Shown here: piece by piece, positions 30,929 through 45,976 of the stretch
How positions within the stretch are numbered: the first letter of the stretch is position 1
Layout: each line of letters opens with the position of its first letter
NCBI GenBank assembly: GCA_964016885.1
Contig: OZ024742.1
Coordinates: 339,140,001-339,204,000, forward strand
Direction: 5' to 3'
Source: Eledone cirrhosa
Taxonomy: Eukaryota
Length of the DNA: 64,000 nucleotides
The notes under the pieces: generated by a model
What the model saw: the letters and a program-made list of their open reading frames with translations, nothing else
Database searches by the model: none
What the model was told of the DNA's origin: nothing
Made by a program: the position numbers and the translations under genes

Positions 30929-31141
30929 AAAATGATTTTTTTTAAATAAAAAAAACGAGATGTCGCACACGAGTGAAAATATAAGGAAAAGAAATCGAAA
31001 ATGCCACTGGAGTCTTTTTAAGAATATTTATTCGCATCTGCGAGTAAAACCACAAACACTCCATCTCAATTCTACATTTGAAAAGCATAAGAACTGTGAA
31101 ACCGGTAAAGGAAAAAAACAGTTGCATTTTCAATTTCTTTT

Positions 31142-31148
<7 letters not shown>
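30927..31148 (+). mobile_element. Small HHR element homologous to 41698-42055; degenerate U3:A8 HHR at 31074-31111
   Basis: TTGAAAA-gca..tgt-GAAA-ccgg-TA-aagg; short inverted repeat 30980-31009 / 31119-31148. Confidence 0.7.
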
Positions 31149-31218
<70 letters not shown>

Positions 31219-31252
31219 AGAAAAAAAGAGAATCAGTGTTGCGATGAATGGA

Positions 31253-31302
<50 letters not shown>

Positions 31303-31397
31303 TGCTACTCTACATGGTTGAATACAATGAGGCTTGTTTGCATAATTGCAAACGAATCGAATATTATTATTAACATTCGAACAACTCAGACTACATT

Positions 31398-31451
<54 letters not shown>

Positions 31452-31814
31452 GTGTGTGTGGTGTTAGATGTATGGTAGCTTGTGGATGCTAAGTAATATA
31501 CATATGCGATAGACAAGTGTTATACATACATACATACATATACATATATATATATATATCTAACATGTCATACTGTAGGGAGATACTTGGAACCTTTTTT
31601 CGAAGGAAAATTCTTAATCATTCGGCTTAATCACTGCACATTTTTGATCATACTGACTCTCGGATTACATTATCATATTTAAACAGTTTTCAGTCCTTCA
31701 GAGTGTGAGATGAGGGATATTTGTCTACAGATGAAGCCAATACAGGGAGGATTCCGTTTGGTTTTAAAGCAAATTGAAGAATTCTATTACGTTTCTCTAA
31801 TACAATTTAGACGA

Positions 31815-31956
31815 AGAAAACTACATTTCTAGAAATGGAAGAAATTACATTTCTGCTGGAAGAAAATTACATTTCTGCTTGAAGGAAATTATATTTCTGC
31901 TGGAAGAAAATTACATTTCTGGAGGAAGAAAATTACATTTCTGCTGGAAGAAAATT
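31815..31956. repeat. About 22-nt minisatellite GGAAGAAAATTACATTTCTGCT, about 6 copies
   Basis: Direct reading. Confidence 0.9.
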
Positions 31957-32204
31957 GCCCTCTAGTTTCCCGTCTAAATCCTGTGGGAAATAAAAATGAT
32001 TTATATTTATTTAGCAATGGTTGTTGGAATTGCAGATAATAAGATAGAAGCAATCAAAGAGTCGCCAGTAGATTCTGTGTTTAATGCGAAATATTTCGTA
32101 ATAATTGCTGACACAAAGGGCAATGGAAGGTCTCCATCTGACTATCATTGCTTTTACGGAACATTGTGTATATATGAAGACTATTACATTGAGATACATA
32201 TATG

Positions 32205-32317
<113 letters not shown>

Positions 32318-32348
32318 GCACACACACACATATATATACACATATATT

Positions 32349-32385
<37 letters not shown>

Positions 32386-32511
32386 GTATGTATATATAAA
32401 TATATATGTATATGTATATACATATATATATATATACACATGCATATATATGTGTATATATATATATCCGCACATTCATTATATATTAATGAAATAGTCA
32501 TTCTCCCCCCT

Positions 32512-32835
<324 letters not shown>

Positions 32836-33040
32836 TTGATTCAATTATGTACAGTGATATAATTATATCCTATTGATTTATTACATTAAATAAAATGACT
32901 TTACATATTTATATTGCGTTAGAGAAGTAATTAGACACACACACACATGTACACACACACTCACACACACAAACATATATAAATACACACACACATGTAT
33001 ATACACACGTACACACATATTGATAAAGATCCTCATTTAC

Positions 33041-34046
<1,006 letters not shown>

Positions 34047-34097
34047 CAAATTATAAAATAAGAAGTAAAAGACAGATATATACCTATTTTTCTTCAA

Positions 34098-34190
34098 AGT
34101 CCCGACTGTGGAGTTTCGCTGGTCAGTTTGCAACAATCTTACATTAGATGTGCAATATCGTTGTGAGACACACCAGCTTTTCAAGGAACT
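34098..34190 (-). ncRNA. Type I HHR, U3:A8 variant, long stem II
   Basis: Reverse strand: agttcc-TTGAAAA-gctggt..accagc-GAAA-ctccacag-TC-gggact. Confidence 0.75.
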
Positions 34191-34340
34191 CCTCAGGGAG
34201 AGAGCGCCTTCTAGACACGTTCGCAGTAAGTGAGAAAATCTCAAAGGCGGAGGGAGAAATTACCACGAGATACACCGGTTAAAAAGAAAAGGGACTAAAT
34301 CCCTTGTAGCAGTGAAAAATATCTCAAAGGCGGAGGGAGA

Positions 34341-34527
34341 AATTAAACGAAGGAAGTGTGGTAAGGAACCAGGTGGACCATAATGCACCAGAGTACTCGA
34401 TATTTTGGGTAGTAGAGTGGGTAATAGGAAAAGAGTCAGGACACCGACGGCAGAGCTCAAGCCGTTTCGACGGCTATTTCTGGACTCAGCTTGATCTCTA
34501 CCGTCGAGGTCCTGACTCTTTTCTTAT
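34341..34527. mobile_element. Family A fold-back element
   Basis: Homologous to 2409-2595; arms 34426-34462 / 34489-34527. Confidence 0.8.
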
Positions 34528-34879
34528 ATATATATATATATACACTTTATATTATTTATAGGAATACAATAAGTCCGAATCTTACGTCGACGATTGGTTC
34601 ACTAGCAGTCCGCGTTATTTTAAAAACTACCGCGTATATTAAATACTTTTATATAAAATGCCTATGTACTGTACATGTATGTTTTGGAGGGAACATAACA
34701 TGAGGTTTTCTGGAGATTGAGAAAACTCGGGAAACGATAAGTAATATGAACACCATGTAGAAGATGGCGGCCAGAGTTTAAGAGATTAAAATCAAAATCT
34801 GAAGATAGTGTATCTCCGTCAGTCTATGTTTAAAACTGCATCATTTAAAAACCACATTCAAGGATTCTTCGACCCTTTT

Positions 34880-35185
34880 AAGAAGAAGAAGGAGGAGGAG
34901 GAGGAGAGGAAAAAAGAAGAAGGAGGAGAAGAAGAAGAAGAAGAAGAAGAAGAAGAAGAAGAAGAAGAAGAAGAAGAAGAAGAAAAAGAAGAAGAAGATG
35001 GAGAAAAAGAAGAAGAAGAAAAAGAAGAAGAAGAAAAAGAAGAAGAAGAATAAAAAGGAGGAGAAGAAAAAGAAGAAAAGAAGAAGAAGAAGAAGAAGGA
35101 AGAGGAGAGGAAAAGGAAGAAGAAGAAGAAGAAGAAGAAGAAGAAGAAGAAGAAGAAGAAGAAGAAGAAGAAGAAGAAGAAGAAG
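34880..35185. repeat. (AAG)n purine tract
   Basis: Direct reading. Confidence 0.95.
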
Positions 35186-35228
35186 ACTGGATTGTAGTAA
35201 TGGGAAATTAAATGTTTCGGAATCGGAC

Positions 35229-35293
<65 letters not shown>

Positions 35294-35523
35294 ATATGTA
35301 TATATATATATATAAAAAACATGAGAAGAAAGAGGAATACTGCGTGGTTGCACATGGGTTACATATTATAAAATTAGTCCCTCGTCAGTAATTTGCCAAC
35401 CATCATTGGTATTTCATCGCATTAAAAATCATATACCTCAGGTTGGTGCGAGCAATAACTAAAAAAAGGTATTAGTGAGTCGCGTAAAGCGAGTGAGACA
35501 AGTAAACAACATAGAAAGATAAA

Positions 35524-35624
<101 letters not shown>

Positions 35625-36120
35625 GGAGAGAGAGAGAAAGGGAGAGAGAGAGAGTTAGGGAGAAAGGAAGATATATATATCTATCTCTATATATATATAT
35701 ATATACATTTTAGTACAGCATAGACGAAGCTCTAGTATACGGCCAAGCTAGCGTGTATGCTTATTCAGTTTGTAGCTTTAGCACTCAGATGAGGTAAGAC
35801 CCCAGAGTAATAACATTATGTTCAGACAGCTTAGCAAATTAGATATAGCAGTCGGCAGTCCGACCGCATTACCAGAGCAACGAAAATACAGGACCCAAGA
35901 AAAGAATTTATATATATATATATCATTTATTTTGTTTGAGCTGTTTAGCTTGATTTGTTTTTTGGCTTAGGTGGTTAATGCCTTCTTAACCACTTTTTCA
36001 GTTTGTATGGCGTTTTAACATGTTTAGCTCTAGTTTCTTAACTATTGAGCGCTTGCCAGCATTTCTACGATTTTGCGTTTCGTTTCGCTTTTTCTACCAG
36101 CTGAAATACGATTCTCGCTG

Positions 36121-36208
<88 letters not shown>

Positions 36209-36273
36209 TAGATATGTATAGGCTGCAGTTGTCTATCTTTTTCCATATAATTCGTAACAAGGCATTCTTGCAG

Positions 36274-36314
<41 letters not shown>

Positions 36315-36546
36315 AATTATAATGGCGTACATAAATATTTTTATACGGTCTTTTTGTGTCATTAGAAATATATGTTCCAGAAGATACTATGTATTTTCTA
36401 GGTATATATCGATTATATTTTATAGGTATATATCGATTATATAAAAATAATATGTTATTCCATTATTGAACAGATTAAGGTATTTATTAACAATGTAATA
36501 TTAGAGTGGTGGAAATATTGGTTGGGGAATGTCTGGAAAGAGGTTT

Positions 36547-37118
36547 TATTACTTGAGATGGTTCTTCACACACTCACACATACATACACACATACAAATA
36601 CACATATATGTTCACACACACACAGACACACACACACAGACACACACTTATATGTTCACACACACAGACACACACATATATATTCACACACACACACACA
36701 GACACACACCTATATGTTCACTCACACAGACACACACATATATATATATGTTCGGACACACAGACACACACATATATGTTCACACACACATATATATATG
36801 TTCCGTCACACACAGACACACACTTATATGTTCACACACACAGACACACACATATATATATATTCAGACACACACAGATGCACACCTATATGTTCACACA
36901 CACACACACGCACACACACACATATATCTTCACATACACAGACACACACATATACACACATATACACACAAAAACATTCACACACATGCATATACACACA
37001 GACACATATACATAAACACAGACACACACATAAACACACACACACACACACACATACACACAAGTACATACACAAGCACACTCACACACACATACACATA
37101 TACACAGTGACCCACACA
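36547..37118. repeat. CA-rich degenerate minisatellite (TATATGTTCACACACACAGACACACA)
   Basis: Direct reading. Confidence 0.9.
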
Positions 37119-37120
37119 CT

Positions 37121-37304
37121 AATAATAATTGTGTCTACTTTTGGCACAAGGCCAGCAATTACCCCAGTGTATTACTGGTACTTTATTTTATCGACCCGTA
37201 AGGATGAAAGGCAAAGTTAACCTCGGCAGGATTTGAACTCAGACCATAAAGGGCCGTAACTCTTTGCTATAAAGCATGGCGTCAGACCGTCTACCGATAC
37301 TGCC
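37121..37304 (-). mobile_element. tRNA-derived SINE
   Basis: Reverse complement matches 19056-19217 and 37880-38060; (ATT) tail. Confidence 0.88.
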
Positions 37305-37879
37305 AATAATAACATTAGGAAGATTAATAAGAATAAGGTAGAATGAAAAACATTTTTTTAAAAAGGGAAACCTTAAAAAATATAAACAACAAAAAAAAAG
37401 AAAAAAAAACGAAAAAAAAACGAAAGGCTCAGAACTTCAAGGTCTTCAGCTATTGAGATGGACTTTGGCTTTTTCGACCCCTACTGACGGTATCGCTGGT
37501 CCAAAGCGCTCTCCCTGATATCTCTCTGTGTGTGTGTGTGTATATGTTATGCCCAGGGACATAGAAATACTCAGGCTGGTGTCTGAGTGCGTGGTAAACC
37601 CACTGAAAGTGAGAGACCCCTAATCCTCGTTAAGATATCTCTCTAGGAGGGAGAAACTCTGATGTAAAACCTGTGGCTCAATAGGGATGTTCCTCTGTTC
37701 TTTTCGGATTATAGCTATAGTTGCTCAGTGAGTGCCATTGGTCCAGTGCAAGGCTTTTCCCAACTATCAAAAGCTTTATGCACATGCGTATAACACACAC
37801 ATATAATATTGGGTATGAATCGAAGTTGTAGCCGCCATATTGCGGTACTATATGCGAGTTGTTTGAGGCAATCACAAAG

Positions 37880-38060
37880 GGCAGTATCGGTAGAGGGTCG
37901 GACACCATGTTTTGCAGCAAAGAGTTACGGCCCTTTATGGTCTGAGTTCAAATCCCGCCAAGGTTACCTTTGCCTTTCATCCTTACGGGGTCGATAAGAT
38001 AAAGTACCAGTAATGCACTGAGATAATTGCCGGCCTTGTGCCAAAAGTAGAAATAATTAT
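37880..38060 (+). mobile_element. tRNA-derived SINE
   Basis: GAGTTCAAATCCC B box; TTGCCTTTCATCCTTACGGGGTCGATAA. Confidence 0.88.
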
Positions 38061-38173
38061 CATCCAGAGTAAAAGACAGCAGTTATAAAGTGTGGCAGCA
38101 AGACGGAAGGCAGTGGCCATTCTAATACCACAACAACTATAAATAGAAAATATATATATATACGTATTTATAT

Positions 38174-38310
38174 GTGAAGGTGCGTGGCTGAGTAGTCAGG
38201 AATTGGATTCGCAATCGTCAGTTCGTTTCCTGGACCGGGCGATGCGTTATGTCCTTGAGCAAGACACTTTATTTCACGTTGCTCCTTCTACCTGGAGTTG
38301 TGACCGATAG
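38174..38310 (+). mobile_element. tRNA-derived CORE-like SINE
   Basis: Matches 9468-9615. Confidence 0.85.
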
Positions 38311-38624
38311 TATTAAAAATAGGTTATCTCCGTTGATTTCTTTAAAAAACAGAATTAGTCGTTTAGTTTACACATTGAGACCCCAACCAATCATATTTAT
38401 TTTATTAAGTATGGGATCTCTTCTAATGCACTTTTTGGTCATGTATAATATTTTTTAATGTACAAAGAAAATCAATTGTCACAGGAATACCATTTAAAAT
38501 AAAATTTCGGCAGAGATAGATTAGCAAAATTTAATTATCCAGGGATGAGGGGTGTCAGCAAAAAACCTGAAAAATTAATAAGCGGGGAACGGACGATTAT
38601 TCGAGACCCAAGGGTAACATAAGG

Positions 38625-38705
<81 letters not shown>

Positions 38706-38731
38706 TAACAACACAACAGTTGATAATCAGT

Positions 38732-38772
38732 CCGAGCTGAAGATCCGCATAAGGTGAAACAATTGTTCTCGG
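38732..38772 (+). ncRNA. Minimal type I HHR in a 150-nt island between (TA)n arrays
   Basis: ccgag-CTGAAGA-tcc gcataa ggt-GAAA-caattg-TT-ctcgg. Confidence 0.85.
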
Positions 38773-38851
38773 TATGTGTTACTACTTCTACCAAACTCGT
38801 CCCATGGACTGAGTGCTCTACTACTACGGATATTACGTTCCAGTGTTCTCC

Positions 38852-38912
<61 letters not shown>

Positions 38913-38917
38913 TATAT

Positions 38918-38993
<76 letters not shown>

Positions 38994-39353
38994 TATATAT
39001 GTGTGTGTGGACTGTTCCACCACATTTCCTGAACAAGATGTTCCATCGATCGAACAACCGGAATACTCATCCTCAAAACCAACGTAGGTCCATTCCATTC
39101 CATTCCAAGCTCGAAGGGCGAGAAAAATATCAAACGAAGCAAACATTTTGAAAATTGCATAGCTTTGAAAAAAGTAACAAGCTTTTATAGTTGAAAATAG
39201 ATTGAAACGAAGAACGGGGAGAACATATTTCTGTGTACAATAAAGCAATCGTAGAGATTCTAACACATCAATGCATAATCTACGTAATCCGTTTGTACCA
39301 GAATTTATTTGCATTGGAAGTGCTAGAAATATATTAAGAGAAGATGGTTACCA

Positions 39354-39471
<118 letters not shown>

Positions 39472-39538
39472 TTCTCTCCTTTCTCTCTCTCTCTATATAT
39501 ATATATGAGTGTGTGTGTGTGTGTGTGATGTATATATG

Positions 39539-39602
<64 letters not shown>

Positions 39603-40189
39603 GAGAGAGAGAGATAGAGAAATACTGTGAATAAAGCAACGTGCCAACAATCTTGGTGCATCTGTATGTATTGGTGAGAAAGTACATACAATGCGATGTT
39701 CCTATCTATTCTACACAATCCGACCCTCCTAAATTATTTTACTGTCACATTTACAAAGCATTATACGACCACCAATTATATATTTTCCTGCAATTGTTTG
39801 ATGTACGTATTCTCTTATAAGGAACCCAATTAAGCTCGCAACCGATTAAGAATATTCGCCATTATTCTCAATTTACAAAGGAATACTTCAATGTGACATG
39901 TCTACATCTCTATATACTCAATGTGTATATTCATATATGCATTTATGCAGTTCCAGTTAAACTCTGTTCAGCATATGTACAGATATAAACTTGACACCCC
40001 CATACTATATATGGAAGACCTCCTTCACACAAATGACTATGTGATCTGCACCTAGAAAGATTTTCCTCCGAAGCACAAGTCCGAGCAAGGTTGTTTGAGG
40101 AAGACCAGCAGTCACTCATACATACCAGACTCCCCTCTCCACAACACCGATGTTGTCCAAAGAAAAGGCTATGGCTGATACAGCTTGGT

Positions 40190-40304
40190 ACTAAAGACGT
40201 CGCAACTCATTTCTACAGCTGAGTAAACTGGAGCAACGCATCACCCGCTCCGAGAATCGAACTCAGAACTTTTCGATTGCAAGCCAATGCTATAACCAGT
40301 AAGC
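40190..40304 (-). mobile_element. Diverged tRNA-derived SINE head
   Basis: Reverse strand GAGTTCGATTC B box, GATGCGTTGCTCC as in the 9468 family. Confidence 0.6.
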
Positions 40305-41150
40305 AAATTAGAATTGGCGCTCTGAAATAGCGATGTATACATGAATGTATGTATAGTATATTTGGCAATATACTGTATGCTTAATTAAAAACATTTTGAA
40401 GACCTTGCGCTATTATTTTAAAGTAGTGACTATGTCACTTACTTCTTTTTTCAACAAACAAAGGGAGATAAGCTGACAGATCTGTTTCATACTGTTGGTA
40501 ATCATCAGAGATTAGCACTCGCCGATGCCTGTTGAAAAAATTATAGCTGCTGGATTCTTATAGAATTCCAGTAATAATCAGAAACTGATTATACAGAGCG
40601 ATTGCCGGTCCAGCAAAAATTGAAAATTAGAATTGGTGCTCTGAAATAGCGATGTATACATGAATATATATATAGTATATTTGGCAATATACTGTATGCT
40701 TAATTAAAAACATTTTGAAGACCTTGCGCTATTATCTTAAAGTAGTGACTATGTCACTTACTTCTTTTTTCAACAAACAATTAAGCATACAGTATATTGC
40801 CAAATATACTATATATATATATTCATGTATACATCGTTATTTCAGAGCACCAATTCTAATTTTCAATTTTTGCTGGACCGGCAATCGCTCTATATAATCA
40901 GTTTCTGATTATTACTGGAATTCTATAAGAATCCAACATCTATAATTTTCAACAGGCATCGGCGAGTGCTAATCTCTGATGATTACCAACAGTATGAAAC
41001 AGATCTGTCAGCTTATCTCCCTTTGTTTGTTGAAAAAGAAGTAAGTGACATAATCACTACTTTAAAATAATAGCGCAAGGTCTTCAACATCTTTTTAATT
41101 AAGCATACAGTATATTGCCAAATATACTATATATATATTCATATATATAT
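40305..41150. mobile_element. Retrozyme-like element: 319-nt HHR unit, about 1.5 minus copies joined at 40780 to about 1.1 plus copies; homolog of 33100-33905
   Basis: GAATTGG repeats at 40311 and 40630; HHR 40471-40512 (-) and 40972-41013 (+): atct-CTGATGA-ttac caaca gtat-GAAA-cagatctg-TC-agct. Confidence 0.85.
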
Positions 41151-41156
41151 ATATTC

Positions 41157-41189
<33 letters not shown>

Positions 41190-41193
41190 TATA

Positions 41194-41225
41194 TTAGCAG
41201 AATAGCCCGGCGTTGCTCGGGATTT
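41194..41225 (-). mobile_element. Helitron 3' terminus (hairpin plus CTAA); probable 5' end near 42780-42932 with nested insertions between
   Basis: Reverse strand CCCGAGCAACGCCGGG..CTGCTAA; same motif at 42934 and 59829. Confidence 0.65.
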
Positions 41226-41345
41226 GCTCTAGGGTTCTTATATATTTGATATATATTTATTCTTATCGAGCCTCGTGAAATAAATACGTTTCTTTATATT
41301 TTGTTATTGTGTAGTGTATTCAAAGATATCTGTACACGAATATAT

Positions 41346-41403
<58 letters not shown>

Positions 41404-41544
41404 CTATATATATATAGGCAAGAAGGTGTTGGTAAAATCCAGTACTTCAGTATGCGGATAGGGAGCACTCAACGAAGATATGTCCCAAGGCTCTGATACC
41501 ATCAACACCATAAACACAGAGCTGGCATATCTAAAAACTGACTA

Positions 41545-41600
41545 ACTGCCTGATGAGGTCATAGCCATTCAATGGCTATCATCGAAATATATATAGCAGT
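41545..41600 (+). ncRNA. Type I HHR
   Basis: actgc-CTGATGA-ggtc atagccatt c aatggctat catc-GAAA-tatata-TA-gcagt. Confidence 0.85.
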
Positions 41601-41641
41601 AATTAAAGGATTATGAGTTCATGCAATTGACTTATGTTTCG

Positions 41642-41704
<63 letters not shown>

Positions 41705-41834
41705 GTGAGGTTTTTTTTACAAAATGAAAAATAACCGAGGTGTCCTACACGAGTGGAAGTATAAAGAAAAAGGGATGAAATCGAAAATGCAACTGAAGTC
41801 TTATTTTTTTTAAAATATATATATTTATTTGGTT

Positions 41835-41872
41835 CCTTTACCGGTTTCGCAGTTCTTCTGCTTTTCAAAAGG
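41835..41872 (-). ncRNA. Minimal type I HHR, U3:A8 variant
   Basis: Mirror of 41943-41980. Confidence 0.8.
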
Positions 41873-41942
41873 TGAGTTGAGATGGAGGGTCTGTGGTTTT
41901 TCTCACATGTGAGAAAAACCACAGACCCTCCATCTCAACTCA

Positions 41943-41980
41943 CCTTTTGAAAAGCAGAAGAACTGCGAAACCGGTAAAGG
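41943..41980 (+). ncRNA. Minimal type I HHR, U3:A8 variant
   Basis: cctt-TTGAAAA-gcag aagaa ctgc-GAAA-ccgg-TA-aagg. Confidence 0.82.
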
Positions 41981-42259
41981 AACCAAATAAATATATATAT
42001 TTTTAAAAAAATAAGACTTCAGTTGCATTTTCGATTTCATCCCTTTTTCTTTATATATATATATATATAAAACAGTACAGAGAAGTACGGAATAACTCGG
42101 CCTCGGGATGGTGTCTACAAATTGTGCTTATAAAAAAATTCGTTGTAGATTACCAGGGTTTTTTTTTTCGCGCGAAGAAAATCAATACTTTATCGCGAAA
42201 TAAATACTTTCGTTTATATTTTGTTACTGTGTATGTAAAAATATCTGTACACGAATACA

Positions 42260-42328
<69 letters not shown>

Positions 42329-42336
42329 CAGATTAA

Positions 42337-42387
42337 AGTTTAAGCAAAGAATCGGTGCTTTCACCCTTAACGGGATCTTCTGAAACT
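42337..42387 (-). ncRNA. HHR-like motif, A4 variant (pLTR fragment)
   Basis: Reverse strand agttt-CAGAAGA-tccc gttaa gggt-GAAA-gca..tgc-TT-aaact. Confidence 0.6.
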
Positions 42388-42653
42388 AAAATAAAAAAAT
42401 CAATCTGTGAACGCAGAAGTAAATATTTCGAAAAACGTTACACACTGTATATATATACACACTATATATACATATATACACACACACGCACACACACACA
42501 CGCACACACACACACACCGCGTCATAATTTCGTAATGCAGACAGCCAGACGTATAGACAGATATTATAAGGGCGCAACGTTATATCTATGTATCTATCTA
42601 AAAAGAAAGACTAAGAGAGAGAGAGATAGAGAGATAGAGAGAGAGAGATAGAG

Positions 42654-42750
<97 letters not shown>

Positions 42751-42933
42751 GCTAAATCGCCTAATTCGGTCCCTAGAGCATTGAAAATTTGAGATTTCTT
42801 TTTCTCAAAACACTCACAGGACCGTAAGTATTACATGTGTAAAGTTTGAAAACAATTGGTTGGGTGGTTCTCGAGGTTTAGTGAGCGGACAGACAGACAC
42901 AGACATTCTCTGTTTTATTGTTTTATATATATA

Positions 42934-43810
42934 CTAGCAGTAAAGCCCGGCGTTGCTCGGGGTCGCTCAGTAGCTGTGTTAAAGTTACAATGTTAAGTTT
43001 CTTTCTTGGCTTAAAAACTGTAGTGTCTACTGTGCAGACTTGCATGTGGTGTTTTTGATTAATATTCCCTCAACCAACAATATGCCTTATGAAGTTAAGA
43101 AAATATAACGATAACCCGAATGTTATAACAAAAGAGGATGCTGGGGATAGAAACTGCACTGGTTATTTATTAACAAAGATCGAAAATGTAAACACTGCAA
43201 CGCAGAGAAAAACATTAGCGTAACCAAATTATCAGTTATGTCTGTCTGCACGCCTATATCACCTCTCTGCACGACTGTCTGTCTGCACGCCTATATCACC
43301 TCTCTGCACGACTATCTGTCTGCACGCGTATATCACCTCTCTGCACGACTGTCTGTCTGCACGACTGTCTGTCTGCACGCCTAACGACGAAATATTTGCT
43401 TGTTTTACGTAGTCTTTAAATAGACTTGTTTTCAAGTAAAAATATTGTTTTAAAATGCTTTTAAATGGAAATGAAGCAAAACGGAAACTTAGTGTTCGAA
43501 CTGATGAATTTTGCAGGTCAATATTTTGCTGGCTCGACAACTGTTAAAGCCAGCGTAATTTTTTACGTAAGACGCTCAATGTAAACAGAACAAAGGGAAA
43601 TAACTGATAACTTACGCTCAAAAATCGATACATTATATTCGATTTCGTCACATAGGGTGGGTCAATTTGAAATTTTTTTTATCCGATGTCTTCGCTAGGG
43701 CTCAATGTACAAGTATAGCAATTTCGGTGCAATTCCGTGAGAGATTCTAAGAGGAGATGTGTGCCAAAAATCGATAGACAGACAGACAACCACAGTTTTA
43801 TATATATAGA
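42934..43810 (-). mobile_element. Non-autonomous Helitron with internal about 37-nt tandem repeats (43240-43380)
   Basis: 5' TCTATATATATAAAACTG at 43810; 3' hairpin CCGAGCAACGCCGG then CTAG at 42937-42934. Confidence 0.85.
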
Positions 43811-43828
43811 TATATATATATATATATA

Positions 43829-44032
43829 ACAAAGGAATTGTGCTAAGGAACCAGATGGACCATAACGCACCAGAGTACTCAATACTTAGGGTAGTAGAGT
43901 GGGAAATAGGGAAAAGTATAACCCCGACGGCAGAGCTCAAGCCGTTTCGACGGCTATTTCTGGACTATTTCAGTCCAGAAATAGCCGTCGAAACGGCTTG
44001 AGCTCTGCCGTCGGGGTCATACTTTTTCCTAT
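43829..44032. mobile_element. Family A fold-back element
   Basis: Arms 43906-43966 / 43972-44032, 5-nt loop. Confidence 0.85.
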
Positions 44033-44576
44033 ATATATATATATATATATATTCTTTTCTACAACAACAATTTTTAGCCACAATAAAGTGGACACATTGG
44101 CTGGTCATGTCCCACACATTCATATATGATTATTATTATTAATATTGTTGTTGTTATTGTTGTTGTTTTCGCCGTCGTTGTCGTCATCATCATCATCATC
44201 ATCATGAGTTCGAAGGATTAGCCGAATCGTTAGAATATCGGACACTATTCTATTTGGCTCTATAAATTTCAAAACAAGTGCGAAACAAGATTTATGTATT
44301 GATTCGATGTTTTCACGCAAGAAGCACATAAGTCGATAAACACGGGCGCCATTTTGACTTATCACAAATACAATATATAAACGGGTTAGTTGAGGTCTAC
44401 GCCAAGCGGTTGTAGGGTGAAAGGTCTTCGAAAAGACGCCTAGGTTATTTCTCACTTCATAATCCACGACAATGAACTTATCTTTAAAACATCTAAGCTA
44501 CTTAAATGAGATAAATGTATAAGAACACTTTGTATATATTTATATTTTGATATATATTGTGTAATTTGTAGCTCAT

Positions 44577-44692
44577 GTATGTATGTATGTATGTATGTAT
44601 GTATGTATGTATGTATGTATGTATGTATGTATGTATGTATGTATGTATGTATGTATGTATGTATGTATGTATGTATGTATGTATGTATGTAT
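44577..44692. repeat. (TATG)n microsatellite
   Basis: Direct reading. Confidence 0.95.
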
Positions 44693-44775
44693 GTTTGTCT
44701 ACATACACTTGCACACAGATAAAGCAAGAGAAACAGAGATATCTGCTTGCGTGTATATTGCATATATGTATGTGT

Positions 44776-44835
<60 letters not shown>

Positions 44836-44863
44836 TATATCTGTATATATCTGTATGTATATA

Positions 44864-44912
<49 letters not shown>

Positions 44913-45504
44913 CACACATATATATATATATATACATATATTTAATATTGATATGGCTTCTACAGGACTAGAACTGTTTTATTCGAAGGAAATCATCTGG
45001 GTGATTTCATTCGAATGAAACAGTTCTAGTCTTGTAGAAGCCATTTCTATATTAAATATTTATACTCTGCTATGTATTGAGTACCTTACTTACTGTGGTT
45101 ACCCCCAATTGAACCCGCGACACACACACACACGTACATACATATACACATAGATAAAACACACACAGACTCACACACGCACACACACGCACATACACAC
45201 GCAGACACACACTCACAAATAGATATGAAGCTGGTTAGTGTGTAAGGTTAAGTAACTGATGGTGAACCAATTTGAACAGTGAATGCTATTACTTAAAACT
45301 AGCTACCGATGCAATATTCGTTGTTTGTAGCTTAACTAGATCGGATGAAAGTTCTTACACAGGAAGATCTTTGTGTTTCAGGAGATATCGATTATAGAGT
45401 CAGGCCCGGTCGTGAGTGATCGAATCTTGAGCTGATTGATTGCGAAATGTGCGTCACGTGTGCATAAAAATATGCAGGATATGCTAAATGGATAATTCAT
45501 TGTC

Positions 45505-45761
<257 letters not shown>

Positions 45762-45976
45762 GAAATTAAATTTTTATTTCTTCTAATATATACTCCAGTC
45801 CAATAAACTGTTGAGTGCTACTTATCCGATATTTGCATTGCTTTATTGTGCTACAATAAAACTCACCTCCTACATATATATATATATATGTAAAAGTTCT
45901 ATTTAAATTGTTGGGATACAACAAGAAAATATTTTTATAAGTGATATAAAGCACTCAACAAATAATTGGAGTAAAA

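Larger units (their letters stand above)
41760..42055. repeat. Spacerless 296-bp palindrome centred at 41907/41908 carrying two U3:A8 HHRs
   Basis: Centre TTTTCTCACA|TGTGAGAAAA; about one mismatch between arms. Confidence 0.92.

Noticed and set aside
31720-31785. CAGATGA plus hairpin (also 35786)
   Set aside because: No GAAA in register and no stem I
31815-31956. CRISPR-like short repeats
   Set aside because: No spacers, eukaryotic context; simple minisatellite
34560-34860. Promoter-like patch (ATTGG, AAGATGGCGG; similar GCGCCATTTT at 44346)
   Set aside because: Short motifs with no supportable downstream exon; cannot be told from chance without expression data
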